A stretch of DNA of 53,289 nucleotides, counting the filler, from Squatina squatina (taxonomy: Eukaryota), in assembly GCA_031763465.1 (NCBI GenBank). It is 3 parts of 2 records of this genome, joined end to end, with 100 filler letters (N's around TTAATTAATTAA, not from the genome) between each part and the next. Parts side by side here need not be neighbours in the genome. Positions count along the whole stretch, not along the records: positions 1 to 20,199 come from JARFOE010000162.1; 2 more parts are not named here. The stretch is one strand, 5' to 3'. The notes under the pieces were generated by a model, which was given only the letters and a program-made list of their open reading frames with translations, was not told where the DNA came from and did not search any database. Positions 1 through 11,900 of the stretch are shown here, piece after piece. Positions within the stretch are counted from its first letter, which is position 1. Every line of letters begins with the position of its first letter. The translations under genes were made by a program, and so were the position numbers.

Positions 1-727
1 GTCCAATCAAACTCAATTAATACAGATCTTCAAACCAATGAAACTCCATGGTCGCAGATCTTCCGTCCAATCAAACGGAATGATCACAGATTTCCATGCA
101 AGCTAACTCAATGGTTGCTGACCATCATCCAATGAAACTGAATGATCGTAGATCTTCAGTACAATTTTGTGAATGATCGCAGATTACAGTCCAATTAAAC
201 TGCATGATCACAGATCTTTTGTCCAATTACATGGAATGATCACGGACCTTTTGTCCAATGAAACTGAATGATCACAGATCTCCTGTCTAATCAAACGGAA
301 TGATCACCAATCTTCAGTCCAATCAAACTGAATGATCGTAAATTTACGTCCAATCAAACACAATGATTGCAGACCATCATCCAATGAAACTGAATGATCA
401 TAGATCTTCAGTCCAATTTAACTAAATGATCACAGACCAATCAAACTAACTGGACGGAATCCATCCAATCAAACTCAATGATCACAGATCTTCCATCCAA
501 TCAAACTCAATTATCGCAGATCTTCCGTTCAATCAAACTCAATTAATATAGATCTTCAAACCAATGAAAGTCCATGATCGTAGAGCCTCCATCCAATCAA
601 ACTGAATGATCGCAGATTTCCATGCAAGCTAACTCAATGGTTGCAGACCATCGTCCAATGAAACTGAATGATCGTAGATCTTCAGTCCAATTTAACAAAA
701 TGATAGCAGATTGCAGACCAATCAAAC
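1..727. repeat. Tandem satellite, ~32-bp monomer (consensus ~CCAATCAAACTGAATGATCACAGATCTTCCGT)
   Basis: CCAAT recurs at 3, 35, 67 etc.; about 23 diverged monomers; the array runs off the window start. Confidence 0.95.
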
Positions 728-739
728 AGTCCCTGAAAC

Positions 740-2130
740 AGACGTGGCAGCTACGTTGGATTTTGTGAGTAGTGTCACTCAGTAAGATCAGGAATGGATG
801 ATCGTGCCACAGGTATAAGGGATATGAAAATGGGTAATAGCACTGGGCCTGAAGAGCAGACTAGTACATGATGGAAATTGTACAATAACAGCGTTTTTCA
901 GTAGATTACTGAAGGCTGAATACACATAGTTTACATTCCAGATGTGTTGGCCAATCCCATGGGCTCCTGTTTTCTAGACAGGGTGAGAGCTGCAAATAAA
1001 TTTGTTAAAAGCCTTTAACAAAGTTTAGTTGTTTGATGTGAGTTGCAGTCACACACCGTCTCACCACTAGCGTTATCGATTGTACATAAAAAGATTGCAA
1101 TTGAGATCTAAACTGTAAATCTAAAGGCATTTTATTCACACCATTGGATGGGTTTACACTAGGGATAGATTTGGAGTGATATACAGTAACATTGAGATAA
1201 ATTCACTATGTAAAGAACATTTGGAATATGTACAATGATATAAGCCTATTAAAAGTGGCCTTGTCTAGGGTTGTCTCATATATTTTTATTCAAGTTTAGA
1301 AATAAAGCTCCTTTCAGACCTGCTATTGTCTTTTTGGCTAAATTTACGAACCCCACTAGCTAACTTTATAGCTGACCTGGGATAGCAAAGAGAATAGAGT
1401 ATAGATTTTTTTAAAATCTAGTCTGTGTAGGTCAATAAAAGTGATAGCATCTCTATAATGATTATCATAAATCCTATTCACATATCATTTATGTGTGCCT
1501 CAGCTTTTTCACAAGCTTCTTCATTCGTTATATATCTAATGGAATTTAATCACCATGGAATGCATTGCTCAATCCAGCAGCATTAACATTTTTAATTATT
1601 AGTTGACATCAAATGATGGTGGAACAGAAATCCTTTGAGGACTCTAATAGTAATAGCATACTAAAAATAAATATAAGCTTACCAGTCTAATGAAGAAAGA
1701 TCCTGTGGAGGCTTATTATCCAGTACTTGTCTGCATTTGTTTAGTAAAATCAACTAATCCAATTGATTAACCGGTGCCAAAATATTTCTGCTAGGTTTCC
1801 GTGTTCACATTCATGAACCCCAGGTTCTTGTACTTATGGCAAAGTAAATCCAATACTCGTGCTTCTGCACATTGTCTTGTACTATTAGCTCCCAGTTTGT
1901 CACAGTGTGACTGGACTATGCAGCTCAGCACCAGTGAACTTTTCATTCCCACATGTATTTGCCGACAAAAAGGATAATTAGTGTTGGAGCAAGAGGTCAA
2001 CGCATATTGGTATATTTTGTAGACAGCTCTATACTGGGTTTCAAAGGTCTGAGGTCTATAGTCATGCCACTTAAGTTCCCCAATTCTGGAAGAACATCCC
2101 GAATCCTTGGGATGATACAAACCTGTACCG
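740..2130 (-). pseudogene. Putative decayed viral envelope/class I fusion glycoprotein-like relic (endogenous viral element)
   Basis: Manual minus-strand translation across many stops and frameshifts gives a Cys-rich block (1791-2120), then ITNEEACEKAEAHINDM/RIYDNHYRDAITFIDLHRLDFKKI, AYIIVHIPNV/IYLNVTVYHSKSIP, LCTIDNASGETVCDCNSHQTTKLC and GIGQHIWNV. The order resembles a retroviral Env-TM/F ectodomain. Confidence 0.35.
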
Positions 2131-3294
2131 GCTTTGGAGCATTATTAAATCTTAAAATGCTGCCCTCTTTTCTTTCGCTCAGCGTGTCACTTTGGTGATG
2201 TTTCAATTTATTTTCTTCCGCCTACCATTTTCTTATTGGTATGCCTGTGAGTTGGTATCCATTGCGATTGGCAGGCCAATCATAGCCTGACATTTCCATT
2301 TGGGAGCCCATAGGAAGCCCTCTTTGTTTAGTGAACAACATTCAATGAGTAAGAAAGCCTGCTATACATCCTGACCATACTGCTGGAGTCTCAAGTTCCA
2401 TGCTGAGGACAGAAGAAAGCTACAGTGCACAACGAGAGATGCAATGTGCAGTGGAGGAGCTGGATTTTAGCTGATGGTTATAAAATGGCTAGAATGGGAA
2501 CAAGCGAATGTNNNNNNNNNNNNNNNNNNNNNNNNNNNNNNNNNNNNNNNNNNNNNNNNNNNNNNNNNNNNNNNNNNNNNNNNNNNNNNNNNNNNNNNNN
2601 NNNNNNNNNNNTCTGCCAGCTTTACAGCTGAGCACTGATTAGGATCAAGCAGCCAAGGTGCTTGAGTGCTCTTCTGTAGCTTTCTGCCAAGGCCTGTGAG
2701 ACATTAGCATCTTGCTGTGTTTGCATGTATCAGGCCTGCTAGTTACAATTCCGGCCCGTGGGTAAAGCATAGTCATTGCATTATGAATGATCTTTCCAAA
2801 GTAACTCATAACTTGCTGTCATGACAATTCTATTTTAGTTTCACAACCAGTTAGGATTTCCTGTGGTCACACATTACCAAGCGTTTGACAACGAGGCACA
2901 GGAAGGAATTATCCTGAGGGTGTTCCTCCTGCCACTGGAGCAATCTGACCTCTGCCCGCTATGCCACTCTACACAAAGCACCCACACAGGTAGCAATGGC
3001 TCACCACTTACGTGGGTAGATTACATTAATTGGGTGAATATGCAGGATTTTCTGGTAGCTCTCCTCTTTCCTGTTTAAAATCTGCTTCTGTAACAAGAGT
3101 CAAATAGTCACCCATCCCACTGTACTGCCCAAGACAAATCTCCTTCCCACCCTTCACTGGAAATGTTTGATTATGTTCTTAATGAGGCAAACTGGGCAGT
3201 TTCACTATATATCTTGTTAAATTCCATCAGATACAATATTTTATTAGTAGTTGGATGTCTCCTCTGCTCCAACCTGCAGCTCTAGCTCTTATTT

Positions 3295-3615
3295 CAGCTG
3301 TGGCTCTATGGGTGGCACTCTCGCCTCTGAGTCAGAGGGTTGGGGTTCAAGGCCCAATCCAGAGGCTTGAACACAAAATTTCAGCTGACTCCGGTGCAGT
3401 GCTGAGGGAGTGCTGCGATGTCAGAGGTGCCGTCTTTCAGATGAGACGTTAAATCGAGACCCCATCTGCTCTCTCAGATGGATGTAACAGATCCCACGGC
3501 CACAGTTTCGAAGAAGGGCAGGGATGCACTGACCAATATGTAGCCCTCAACCAACATGATTATAACAAACAGATTATCTGGCCATTATCATATTGCTGTT
3601 TGTGAGAGCTTGCTG
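3295..3615 (+). mobile_element. tRNA-derived DeuSINE (SacSINE1-like)
   Basis: tRNA-like head (TGGCTCTATGG...GGTTCAAGGCCC) followed by GAGGTGCCGTCTTTCAGATGAGACGTTAAA, matching the DeuSINE/AmnSINE1-type core; cut by a gap. Confidence 0.8.
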
Positions 3616-3715
3616 NNNNNNNNNNNNNNNNNNNNNNNNNNNNNNNNNNNNNNNNNNNNNNNNNNNNNNNNNNNNNNNNNNNNNNNNNNNNNNNNNNNNN
3701 NNNNNNNNNNNNNNN

Positions 3716-3838
3716 TGCTGTATTTCTGACTTTTCTCAGTTCTGATGAATGGTCACCGACCCGAAACGTTGACTTTGTTTTTCTCTCCATAGATGCTACC
3801 TGATCTGCTGAGTTTTTCCAGCATTTTGTGTTTGTATT
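3716..3838 (+). mobile_element. Penelope-like element terminal (pLTR) fragment
   Basis: CTGATGAA..GACCCGAAACGTTGAC..AGATGCTACCTGATCTGCTGAGTTTTTCCAGCATTTTGTG; homologous to 26203-26290 (-) and 32790-32885 (+). Confidence 0.7.
3737..3776 (+). ncRNA. Minimal type I hammerhead ribozyme motif
   Basis: CTGATGA (3742-3748), helix II GGTC-acc-GACC (3751-3761), GAAA (3763-3766), palindromic AACGTT helix III, helix I AGTT/GACT. Confidence 0.6.
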
Positions 3839-3970
3839 ATAAATGGCATATTGGTCACATTATCAAAGGATTGTTGGTCACGTTACAAATGGGGTTTTGG
3901 TCACATTATAAATGAAGTGTTGGTGACATTTAAGTGGCGTGGTTACATTATAATATGTCCCTGATTACAT
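3837..3970. repeat. Degenerate ~23-bp minisatellite (TTGGTCACATTATAAATG...)
   Basis: About 6 diverged copies of TGGTCACATT-containing units. Confidence 0.6.
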
Positions 3971-4557
3971 TGATCATGCCCATTGCTACTGGTAATCCAT
4001 TTTAATTACAGTTTGACAAAAATAACCAATCCTCTTTTCAAGTTCCCAGTGCAGCAGGCTTAATGAGCAATGGAGTGCAATCATACAGTGAGTGCCAACT
4101 GCATGTCTGGAACCGTGCCTGTCTGAAAACTCATCATTCAGTGATACCTTTCAGACTGGTTTGCTGCTGTAGACATTTCTATCCTAAATGTAATCATGGA
4201 CCAGCTGACAGTCACCAGTCCCGTTGCCTATTCTTTATCTCCAGCTGAGCCCGAGCATTCAGTAGCTGCAGGCAGCCTTCACAGATTTATGGAGACGAAG
4301 ATTGATGTCATTTTGTCTTTTGTCTTCAGAGCTGCACTCAGATAGCTTATTCACAACCCCTCCTGTGAAAGACAGAATCTTCTGTTGGATCCATTTCCCC
4401 TATTTATTCCCGCTAAGCTTTGTGAATGTGCTTGGATGTGAAAAAGAAGCAACGTTTNNNNNNNNNNNNNNNNNNNNNNNNNNNNNNNNNNNNNNNNNNN
4501 NNNNNNNNNNNNNNNNNNNNNNNNNNNNNNNNNNNNNNNNNNNNNNNNNNNNNNNNN

Positions 4558-4640
4558 TCGAGTGGAGCATAAACACTAGCATAGACCAGTTGGGCCAAAT
4601 GGCCTGTTTCTGTGCTGTAAACTCTACATAATTGTATGGT
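4558..4640 (+). mobile_element. CR1 LINE/HE1-type SINE 3' tail
   Basis: TTGGGCCAAATGGCCTGTTTCTGTGCTGTA...; the typical CR1 3' stem plus tail. Confidence 0.7.
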
Positions 4641-5640
4641 GCTCAGATCACAGAAGTGCATTTCACCTTCCAGTGAATCTACAGGGAACTTATTATTGAG
4701 GATGTAACATGTCCTATTAAAATTAAAGATACATCCACACTAATTGATAGACACAACAGGTAGTTTGAATAATTTTTTGCTCACAATTTTTTTTGAGTAA
4801 GAAAACGAAAATGGGAGTGATGTGCACCTCTGTTACAATTTTAATTGTGTTTTTTCCTCAAGTGACTATTTAACAGGAGGGATACTCTTATCAATATGAG
4901 CTACCAGCGCAGAGCCTCATCTGATAGCAAGGGATCTTGGGAAATTGCGGCCATGATATAGATGGTTTCCTGTTCGTTATATCATAAGACCAATTTTACA
5001 GATGCGCACTGCCAGCTGTCTGCTGATTATACAGAAATCTGCCCAATGATATAATGAGAAAAATGAGACACTTCAAGTTAATTTGCCCACTTTTCATTTC
5101 TATTTGCTACTGCATTAGAATAATTGTTGTATGTTGAGGCAGTCTGCTACAAATATGTGAGCAAACTTTTAATTCTTAGCTTCAAAACAGAAAAATGTGA
5201 TTTATGGAACAGTGTTGCTTTAAATTTAGACAGAGGAACAATGCTTAAATGCAGACTCTGTGGTGTAGAAGAAAAATGTTTCCTTGTCTTAGGAACACAT
5301 TTTGTTGGAAGATAAATAGTAGTAATAACCTTCTCTAAGTCACCAGTTGACAGGCATGACTGAGCACCTCACACATTGGCTTTACTTAATGTAATTACAA
5401 GGCATTATTTATTTATTTCATTTCACTGCTGGGCAGAAAAAGATATTGGAAATTTCGTTACCAGATTATCCACCTTGTCTGCTGAAATTTTAGAACTATT
5501 GGCCACTGAAGAGAAAATCAACTTTACCAAGAAAGTTTAANNNNNNNNNNNNNNNNNNNNNNNNNNNNNNNNNNNNNNNNNNNNNNNNNNNNNNNNNNNN
5601 NNNNNNNNNNNNNNNNNNNNNNNNNNNNNNNNNNNNNNNN

Positions 5641-5895
5641 GAAGTCAATCTGGCCATGATGAGATCAACCCTGTCCTTCTGGGCAGCAATGTCATCAGGT
5701 GCTGAGGCCCTGCGTCCTGTGCAGCATCAGGTGATTGTGGGGAAGGTTGGTGCTGCTGGTGATGTTGATGCTTGGCCTGATTGTGCTGGGATTCTGAGGA
5801 CCAAAGTGAGATTTTTTTCAAGGGCACTGATGCTGATGGAATAGATGGCAGCTGAAGTTGAGATGACAGAAGCGATCTGTCAATGGTGAGATGTG
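5641..5895 (-). mobile_element. Interspersed repeat, probably an internally deleted PIF/Harbinger derivative
   Basis: Clearly homologous to 46340-46585 (shared GATGCTGATGGAATAGATGGCAG-TGAAGT-GAGATGACAGAAGC...TGTCAATGGTGAGA). The family assignment is inference. Confidence 0.5.
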
Positions 5896-7267
5896 TTGTT
5901 TCAAGGAGGTTATGGTGATTAGAGAGTTTATGCCAAACGCTTCAAAACTGCATAAAGCTGAAAACTGCATTCCAAATCCTGAAGGCTCCAGCTTCTAAGA
6001 GTGAAAAGTGAACAGCTGTGAAATGGTAGCTTTTATACCATTTTTGCAGCTGTCACCTTTTGAAAGCAATACAGACTCATTCGCAACCCGACTGCACTTA
6101 CCTCGGTATGGCAAACTGGACAAAATGTTGGTAAAATGGTTAGTGCCTGCTTTTAATCATCTTAAATTACCTTTAACTAACTGTTATATACCTTAATAAA
6201 CTGGCCTGCCACTTGCTGTTGGGTCTGCGATAGACCGGCTAACTTGACAGCTGAGAAACTGACACGGAGGTGGGTTCAGAGCGGGATCCCACCTTGCAGT
6301 CAATCCGGACCATTTTGACAGCAGGCCCATCTCCAAACACACCTTTGCAGCGCTGGGAGGATTCCGGCCCAAGTGTCAGAAGTATATAGAAAACAGATAA
6401 AAGCAGTCACTGTATGTTGGGTTCTTCATCTGGAGCTGGGAATTTTCAGGTACCAACCTGTAAAATTCCCTCACCAACAGTAATTACTCTCTAATTGACC
6501 TCAAGATACACCAATTTACAGCAATTAGGATTTATGGCCTTAAAGGTGTGTGCAATGCCAATGTCCAAACCTCATCAGTGACAGAATAATCCTTTGTGCC
6601 TCACACTGTATAACATTCCTGCCATTATAAAGCATCTATTGAGTTGGCGGTGACGAATGCCATGGGAGATCCACCAGTGTTTACAAAACTCTTACTGACG
6701 TTGAAACCGACTCCTGAATGTGCGCTCCCCATTTTATCCGTGACACGGTTCCTTTGGTTACGCGGTGCAAAGGTTTTGAACCGGGATCCTTTTCAAGTGA
6801 GACGTGATTTCTTTATAAAGGTATAGGCCACTCCGATGGCTGGCGCTAGCAGATGTGCCTGTGGCCTTTCTGTCGCAGCAGCTGCCTGGTAGAATTTAGT
6901 TCACCTGGTTTAAAATTAGATTTAGCATCTATCATTTCCCCGCTCTGAGTGGCTCTCCGCCTGCCTTGGCAGCAGCAATCAGTCACTGAGCTCCCACTCA
7001 GCCCAGCTCCATCCCCCGACACTTGGGCATGTGTCACTGTCAATACAACAAAGTACCTTTACGCACAAATTGTCAGGAAAGGACAACCTATGTAGTTTGA
7101 AGTGTTAGTTTGCCCTTTGGTTTAAATATTTACCAGATGTTATCGACAATTTAATACATCAGTTTATCATTATCGTAATGTAGTCAGAGATGTGACTCTG
7201 AGAGGACAGAGGCGATCTCGCCAAGTACTGATTCCTCCTCTAATACTAGATATTAATTATATTTTCA

Positions 7268-7341
7268 CAGAATCCTAGAATCATAGAGCACAGAAGGAGG
7301 CCATTTGGCCCATCGTGCCTGTGCCGGCTCTTTGAAAGAGC
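7268..7341 (-). mobile_element. CR1 LINE 3' tail
   Basis: AGAATCATAGAGCACAGAAGGAGGCCATTTGGCCCATCG is the reverse complement of the CR1 3' end. Confidence 0.75.
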
Positions 7342-7441
7342 NNNNNNNNNNNNNNNNNNNNNNNNNNNNNNNNNNNNNNNNNNNNNNNNNNNNNNNNNNN
7401 NNNNNNNNNNNNNNNNNNNNNNNNNNNNNNNNNNNNNNNNN

Positions 7442-7535
7442 AAGAAGGGAGCTCACCACCACCTTCTCGAGGGCAATTAGGGATGGGTGAGAAATGCTGG
7501 CCCTGCTGACGACGCCCACATCCCCGTGACTGAAA
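7442..7535 (+). mobile_element. 3' end of a second CR1-group LINE or its partner SINE
   Basis: GCTCACCACCACCTTCTCGAGGGCAATTAGGGATGGG...GACGCCCACATCCC; the same tail recurs at 25845-25941 and, degenerate, at 23780-23835. Confidence 0.7.
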
Positions 7536-8514
7536 TGCGTGGAAACTATCCATCTCCACGACACCCTGGGGCAGTCTGTTTCATGCATTCAGCACCTTCT
7601 CAAGTAATTCTGTGATGACACAGCTCCAACCCTGTCCTTACTTCACAGAGATTCATAACCATCATGCTGGAGACTCTTCAGCCTAAGGTTATTAAAACCC
7701 TTTCCTTTTCTGTATCTCTGGATGTTTTGAAAGCTTGTTCCATTTTTTTCAGTGATCTTAACCCAGTCATTTTTTACTGTCTACTTGCTATTGGCAAATG
7801 TTTTTGGAGCCTATAATTTCCTTTTACTGGATTTGTAAAAAGAAAAAGCGAATGCTTGATGAAATGTGACTTTCTCCTTACTGGGGGTTTACATCCCATT
7901 TTTCTTCAGTCCCTGCCAAAGTCTTGCTCAATTGCTTAATTTGCAGTATAACGTGTTGCGTTCCATTGGATGGTTTAACTTATCGTTGCAAGTGTATTAC
8001 CATAGGAAAAAGTGAAAAAAATCCACCTACCATACATAATTGCTGTACTGTTATTGAATAACGGAGCAGGCTTAAGGGGGCCTATGGCCTACTCCTGCTT
8101 CTAATTCTTATGTTGTTATGAAACTATTTTTATATGGCAGGAATCAGAGAGACGGATTTTAAAAAATGACCAACTTGCAATTTCCACTACAGACCAACGT
8201 ATAATTTAAAGAATTGTTAAGACTTTCACTGAAAGACTAAAGCACGAACAAAATGTCAAGGTTACAAAAAAAATTCTTCCTTTTTTATTCCCTGTGAAAG
8301 TCAATGGTGCCTTTGATAATGTTACATTTGTGTATCGATGCAAATATAAATATCTCCCCTGTAACTTTTGAAAACTACATGGTCTTGCTGATAAAATTGT
8401 AACCCCATTGCTTCCTCATCCTGATGACAAATGGCCACTCTTATTTTTCTCTGCACATAAATCACACAAGCTCCCTTCTGTTCTCTTACATGTTCAAGGC
8501 AACAAGAGTCCACT

Positions 8515-8780
8515 TACATAAGAACATAAGAAATGTGAAATATGGAGTAGGCCATTCGGCCCCTCGAGCCATTCAATAAGATCATGGCTGATTTACCCCA
8601 ACTCCACCTTCCTGCACTATCCCTANNNNNNNNNNAACGGGCCGACCCCTTAGTCTGAGACTGTGTCCCCCGGTCCTAGACTCACCAGCCAGGTGAAACA
8701 TCCTCCCTGCATCTCCCCTGTCAAATCCTGTAAGAATTTTCTATGTTTCCATGAGATCCCCTCTCATTTTTCTAAATTCC
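8515..8780 (-). mobile_element. CR1 LINE 3' fragment
   Basis: ACATAAGAACATAAGAAAT..GGAGTAGGCCATTCGGCCCCTCGAGCC tail plus the reverse complement of the ORF2 end. Confidence 0.8.
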
Positions 8781-8919
8781 AAACAGTGTACTGTTACACA
8801 AATCCCTTGGGTACTGTATCTGTATGGCATAGACCTGTGCCTTTAAATATGTTGCTATAGGTTTGTCCTGTTGTGAGATGGCTTTGTTTCAAGCACAAAT
8901 ACCTGAAACCTGCAGTTGA

Positions 8920-8965
8920 ATATATATATGTGTGTGTGTGTGTGTGTGCATGCGTGTGAGAGTGT
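8920..8965. repeat. (TA)n(TG)n microsatellite
   Basis: Seen directly. Confidence 0.9.
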
Positions 8966-11900
8966 GCAGGCTGTGTAAAAATAGGCAACTCATTGTGCCG
9001 GCCAGGTAAACAAAACTCTTTCATTCTCACATCAATTACATCAGTAATGCTGGGTCAGGTGAGGAGTTCCAACCCAGACACCTGTTCCAGTATTCCATTC
9101 ACGTGGCACTGCAGTAATATTCCACAGAAACATTCTATATAACATTGAGAAATTCAAACTGGTTCTAGGAAATGGAGCCTGCTATTGTACAGCAGTAAGC
9201 ACAAGTATTTCACCATTACTTCAGTTATAAAAGCTTTGAGAGTAAATTTTATCGCATGCATAGCTCTGAACTGGTCACCTTTGTACAACTTATTGGTAAC
9301 CAGACACATTCCAGTGTTTAACAAATTTGTTTGTGATGTCACAACTGTGGATACATCAGAAACATCAGAGTTCTCACACTGTATATGTGGAATCAGAATG
9401 TTTATCGTATTGACCTTAAACAGTAAACACATTCATCTTCCAAATCAGGATCGATTTGCATTATTTAACTATTGTATATAGGTGTAGATTTACTCCGTGC
9501 TGTAGGTGCAGTAAAATGGTAAATGTATTTATAGGGAGAGATTTACAATTTCAAGATTTAGGGCACAGAAGAGCTCTTTGGCGTGATGAATATCTCCATG
9601 AGCACAGCTGATTAAAGAACTCCAGTGACAGAGTAACAAGCAGGTTATGACCAGCCTCTCTTACAGACACATTTATCATATTATACGTCTTCCCGTGATA
9701 GTCTATAAGTAACACTTGTGATAGGTTGTCAATTGGGAAAATAAAGATGTTGAGTAAGTGGGTTTTGGAGTTATTTGTCTCCCAAGCAAATCAGGTGAAG
9801 CCGTTCTATGACAAGAAACCACTGGAAATCTGATTTTTCTTTCTACTAGAACTTTATTTGGACGCATGGGGCTAGAAATTTATCTGCATCTTGGGGCGGG
9901 AGCCGGCATTTTTCACGTCAGCTCCCGCCCGGCCCGACACAGAATATGCCATTCTGAGGTGGGAGCGAGGCGCAGCGATTCTGGCCTTGCTCCTGGATGG
10001 AACTGGGGTGGCTGACCTGGGACGCTGCTGGTGTGGCCTCAGTGCAATGCTAGCGACGTCAGCTGCACCGCATCAGCATCGCTGTATGCTGACACCAGGC
10101 GCAGNNNNNNNNNNNNNNNNNNNNNNNNNNNNNNNNNNNNNNNNNNNNNNNNNNNNNNNNNNNNNNNNNNNNNNNNNNNNNNNNNNNNNNNNNNNNNNNN
10201 NNNNCAGAAAATTACAGATTTTAAATCAAGTTAGAAACTAATTCTACTATAAAAATCTTTGTATCCTAATGCCTCAAACCATAAGGAATTATTAGTAAAG
10301 CCATTAGGTGTGTCTGCATGTACTGCATGTTTGATCGTGGATCAACTCCATAGCTGTTAAATGCACAATCAGAATGAGTGAACATGTTGTAGCTAGGCTA
10401 GGGATCAGCATTAGGCCTGAAATGAATAGATTTTGGCAAATTTCTGTTAGATTTTTTCTTACATACGTAAGCGTGACCAATTTCTTTGATGCATGGATGG
10501 TCCTTGTCCTTTGAAAAAGGTGGAAATGGATGCATACGACATACCATTAGAGAGCTATATTGTAGTACAATGTGCTGTTGAAAGGAAGAAATGCTGAGAA
10601 GTCACAACAATATCAATTGTACAGATGAAGGAAGCCATTGAACTAATCCTTCTTAGGAACCCATGATCTCCCCTCCCCACTCATTTCACTGCCTTTTCAC
10701 TGCTTCCACCGCCCTAGGCAGAAGACTACTCCGAGCCTTCACATGAAGAGCTGCTTCCTGGCATTCAAAGTTCTGGAAGTCTAATATTGAGTAGCCTAAA
10801 AATTTTCTTACAATCATTTCATTACATTATTGATTTAAAGGGGGCATTTTCTTCGCAAGACAATTATTTGACAAACCATTTCCCATTTCTTTTTAAAAAC
10901 AGATATACACAGGTGCATGTTTTGTCATATGAGCCTTGAATAACAAGTCATTGTTTTAAAAATCTTCAAACAACTTATCAGATATTTCTCCACAGAGCTG
11001 GTGCCTTTTCACATGTAATGATTCTGGCCTGCTCGATCTGGTTACTCCACACTCATTGCTTCTAGAAAACTTCTTTACATGTTTAATTTCTACACTAGAC
11101 AAGCTAGCTCTAGTACTCACACCAGGACTCGGAAAAAAAAGCAGCATTATCAAATACAACAGCTTCTACTTCAAGGCAGAATGAGATGCATTTCACTCAT
11201 GAACACCACTGCCCTGAACCAAATGCCTTTTAGTTTATAGAGGAAACCTCCCAAACCAGCTACAAATTGGGTTAACATCTTAAAAATGGAGGGGTTATAA
11301 ATTGGATTATTTTATGCTCTGTTGCATCCTCTCACTCTTCAGAATAACGACACACACCTGGCTCCCATGTATAATCAGTACTCTGTAGATTTGATTGCTA
11401 TCATCCAAAATTAATCAGGAACACAGAAATGACATTTAAAGCTGTCAATCACTCTCTTAAACTGGAATTCAAAAGTGGGAATTGAATCTCTGTCTAGGAA
11501 AGAAACCAAAAATAAAAGTTCAGCAGTCAGATCCTTAAAGAACTGGTAGCTTTTGTACAATTTCTTGTCTAATTGTGTTCTGCTTTTTCCAGAGAGGTAG
11601 CCTCAAATACTTAATTACTTTGCACATTCAAACAGAAGAAACAGAAGCAGTAGCAGTAGGTCAACAGTCTACTGTCCCTACAACTTCTGCAACACTCAGT
11701 GATTTCTCCAAGGCATGAATTCAATCCCTTAACACCTAGCCTAGTGCCCCAGCTAGTGACCTGATCGAGGTTCAAGAAACTGAATGAGCTTTAGCGTTGT
11801 CACCACAAAGACTCAATTCTGTGACAAAGGGAATGCAATGAAAAGCAACCTTCCAAAACACCTGTATGGTTAATAATTTGAACTATTAAACAAATAAAGT

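Noticed and set aside
1-727. CRISPR-like ~32-bp periodicity
   Set aside because: Monomers are contiguous and diverged with no unique spacers; the context is vertebrate and no cas genes are present.
2300-2335. Minus-strand QRGLPMGS resembling an RT/RdRp motif
   Set aside because: Downstream motifs (LANxxM, YxDD/GDD) are absent; probably chance.
2839-2989. Possible exon (ttttag...cag|gtagc)
   Set aside because: The translation resembles no protein I recognise, the donor is weak and there are no partner exons.
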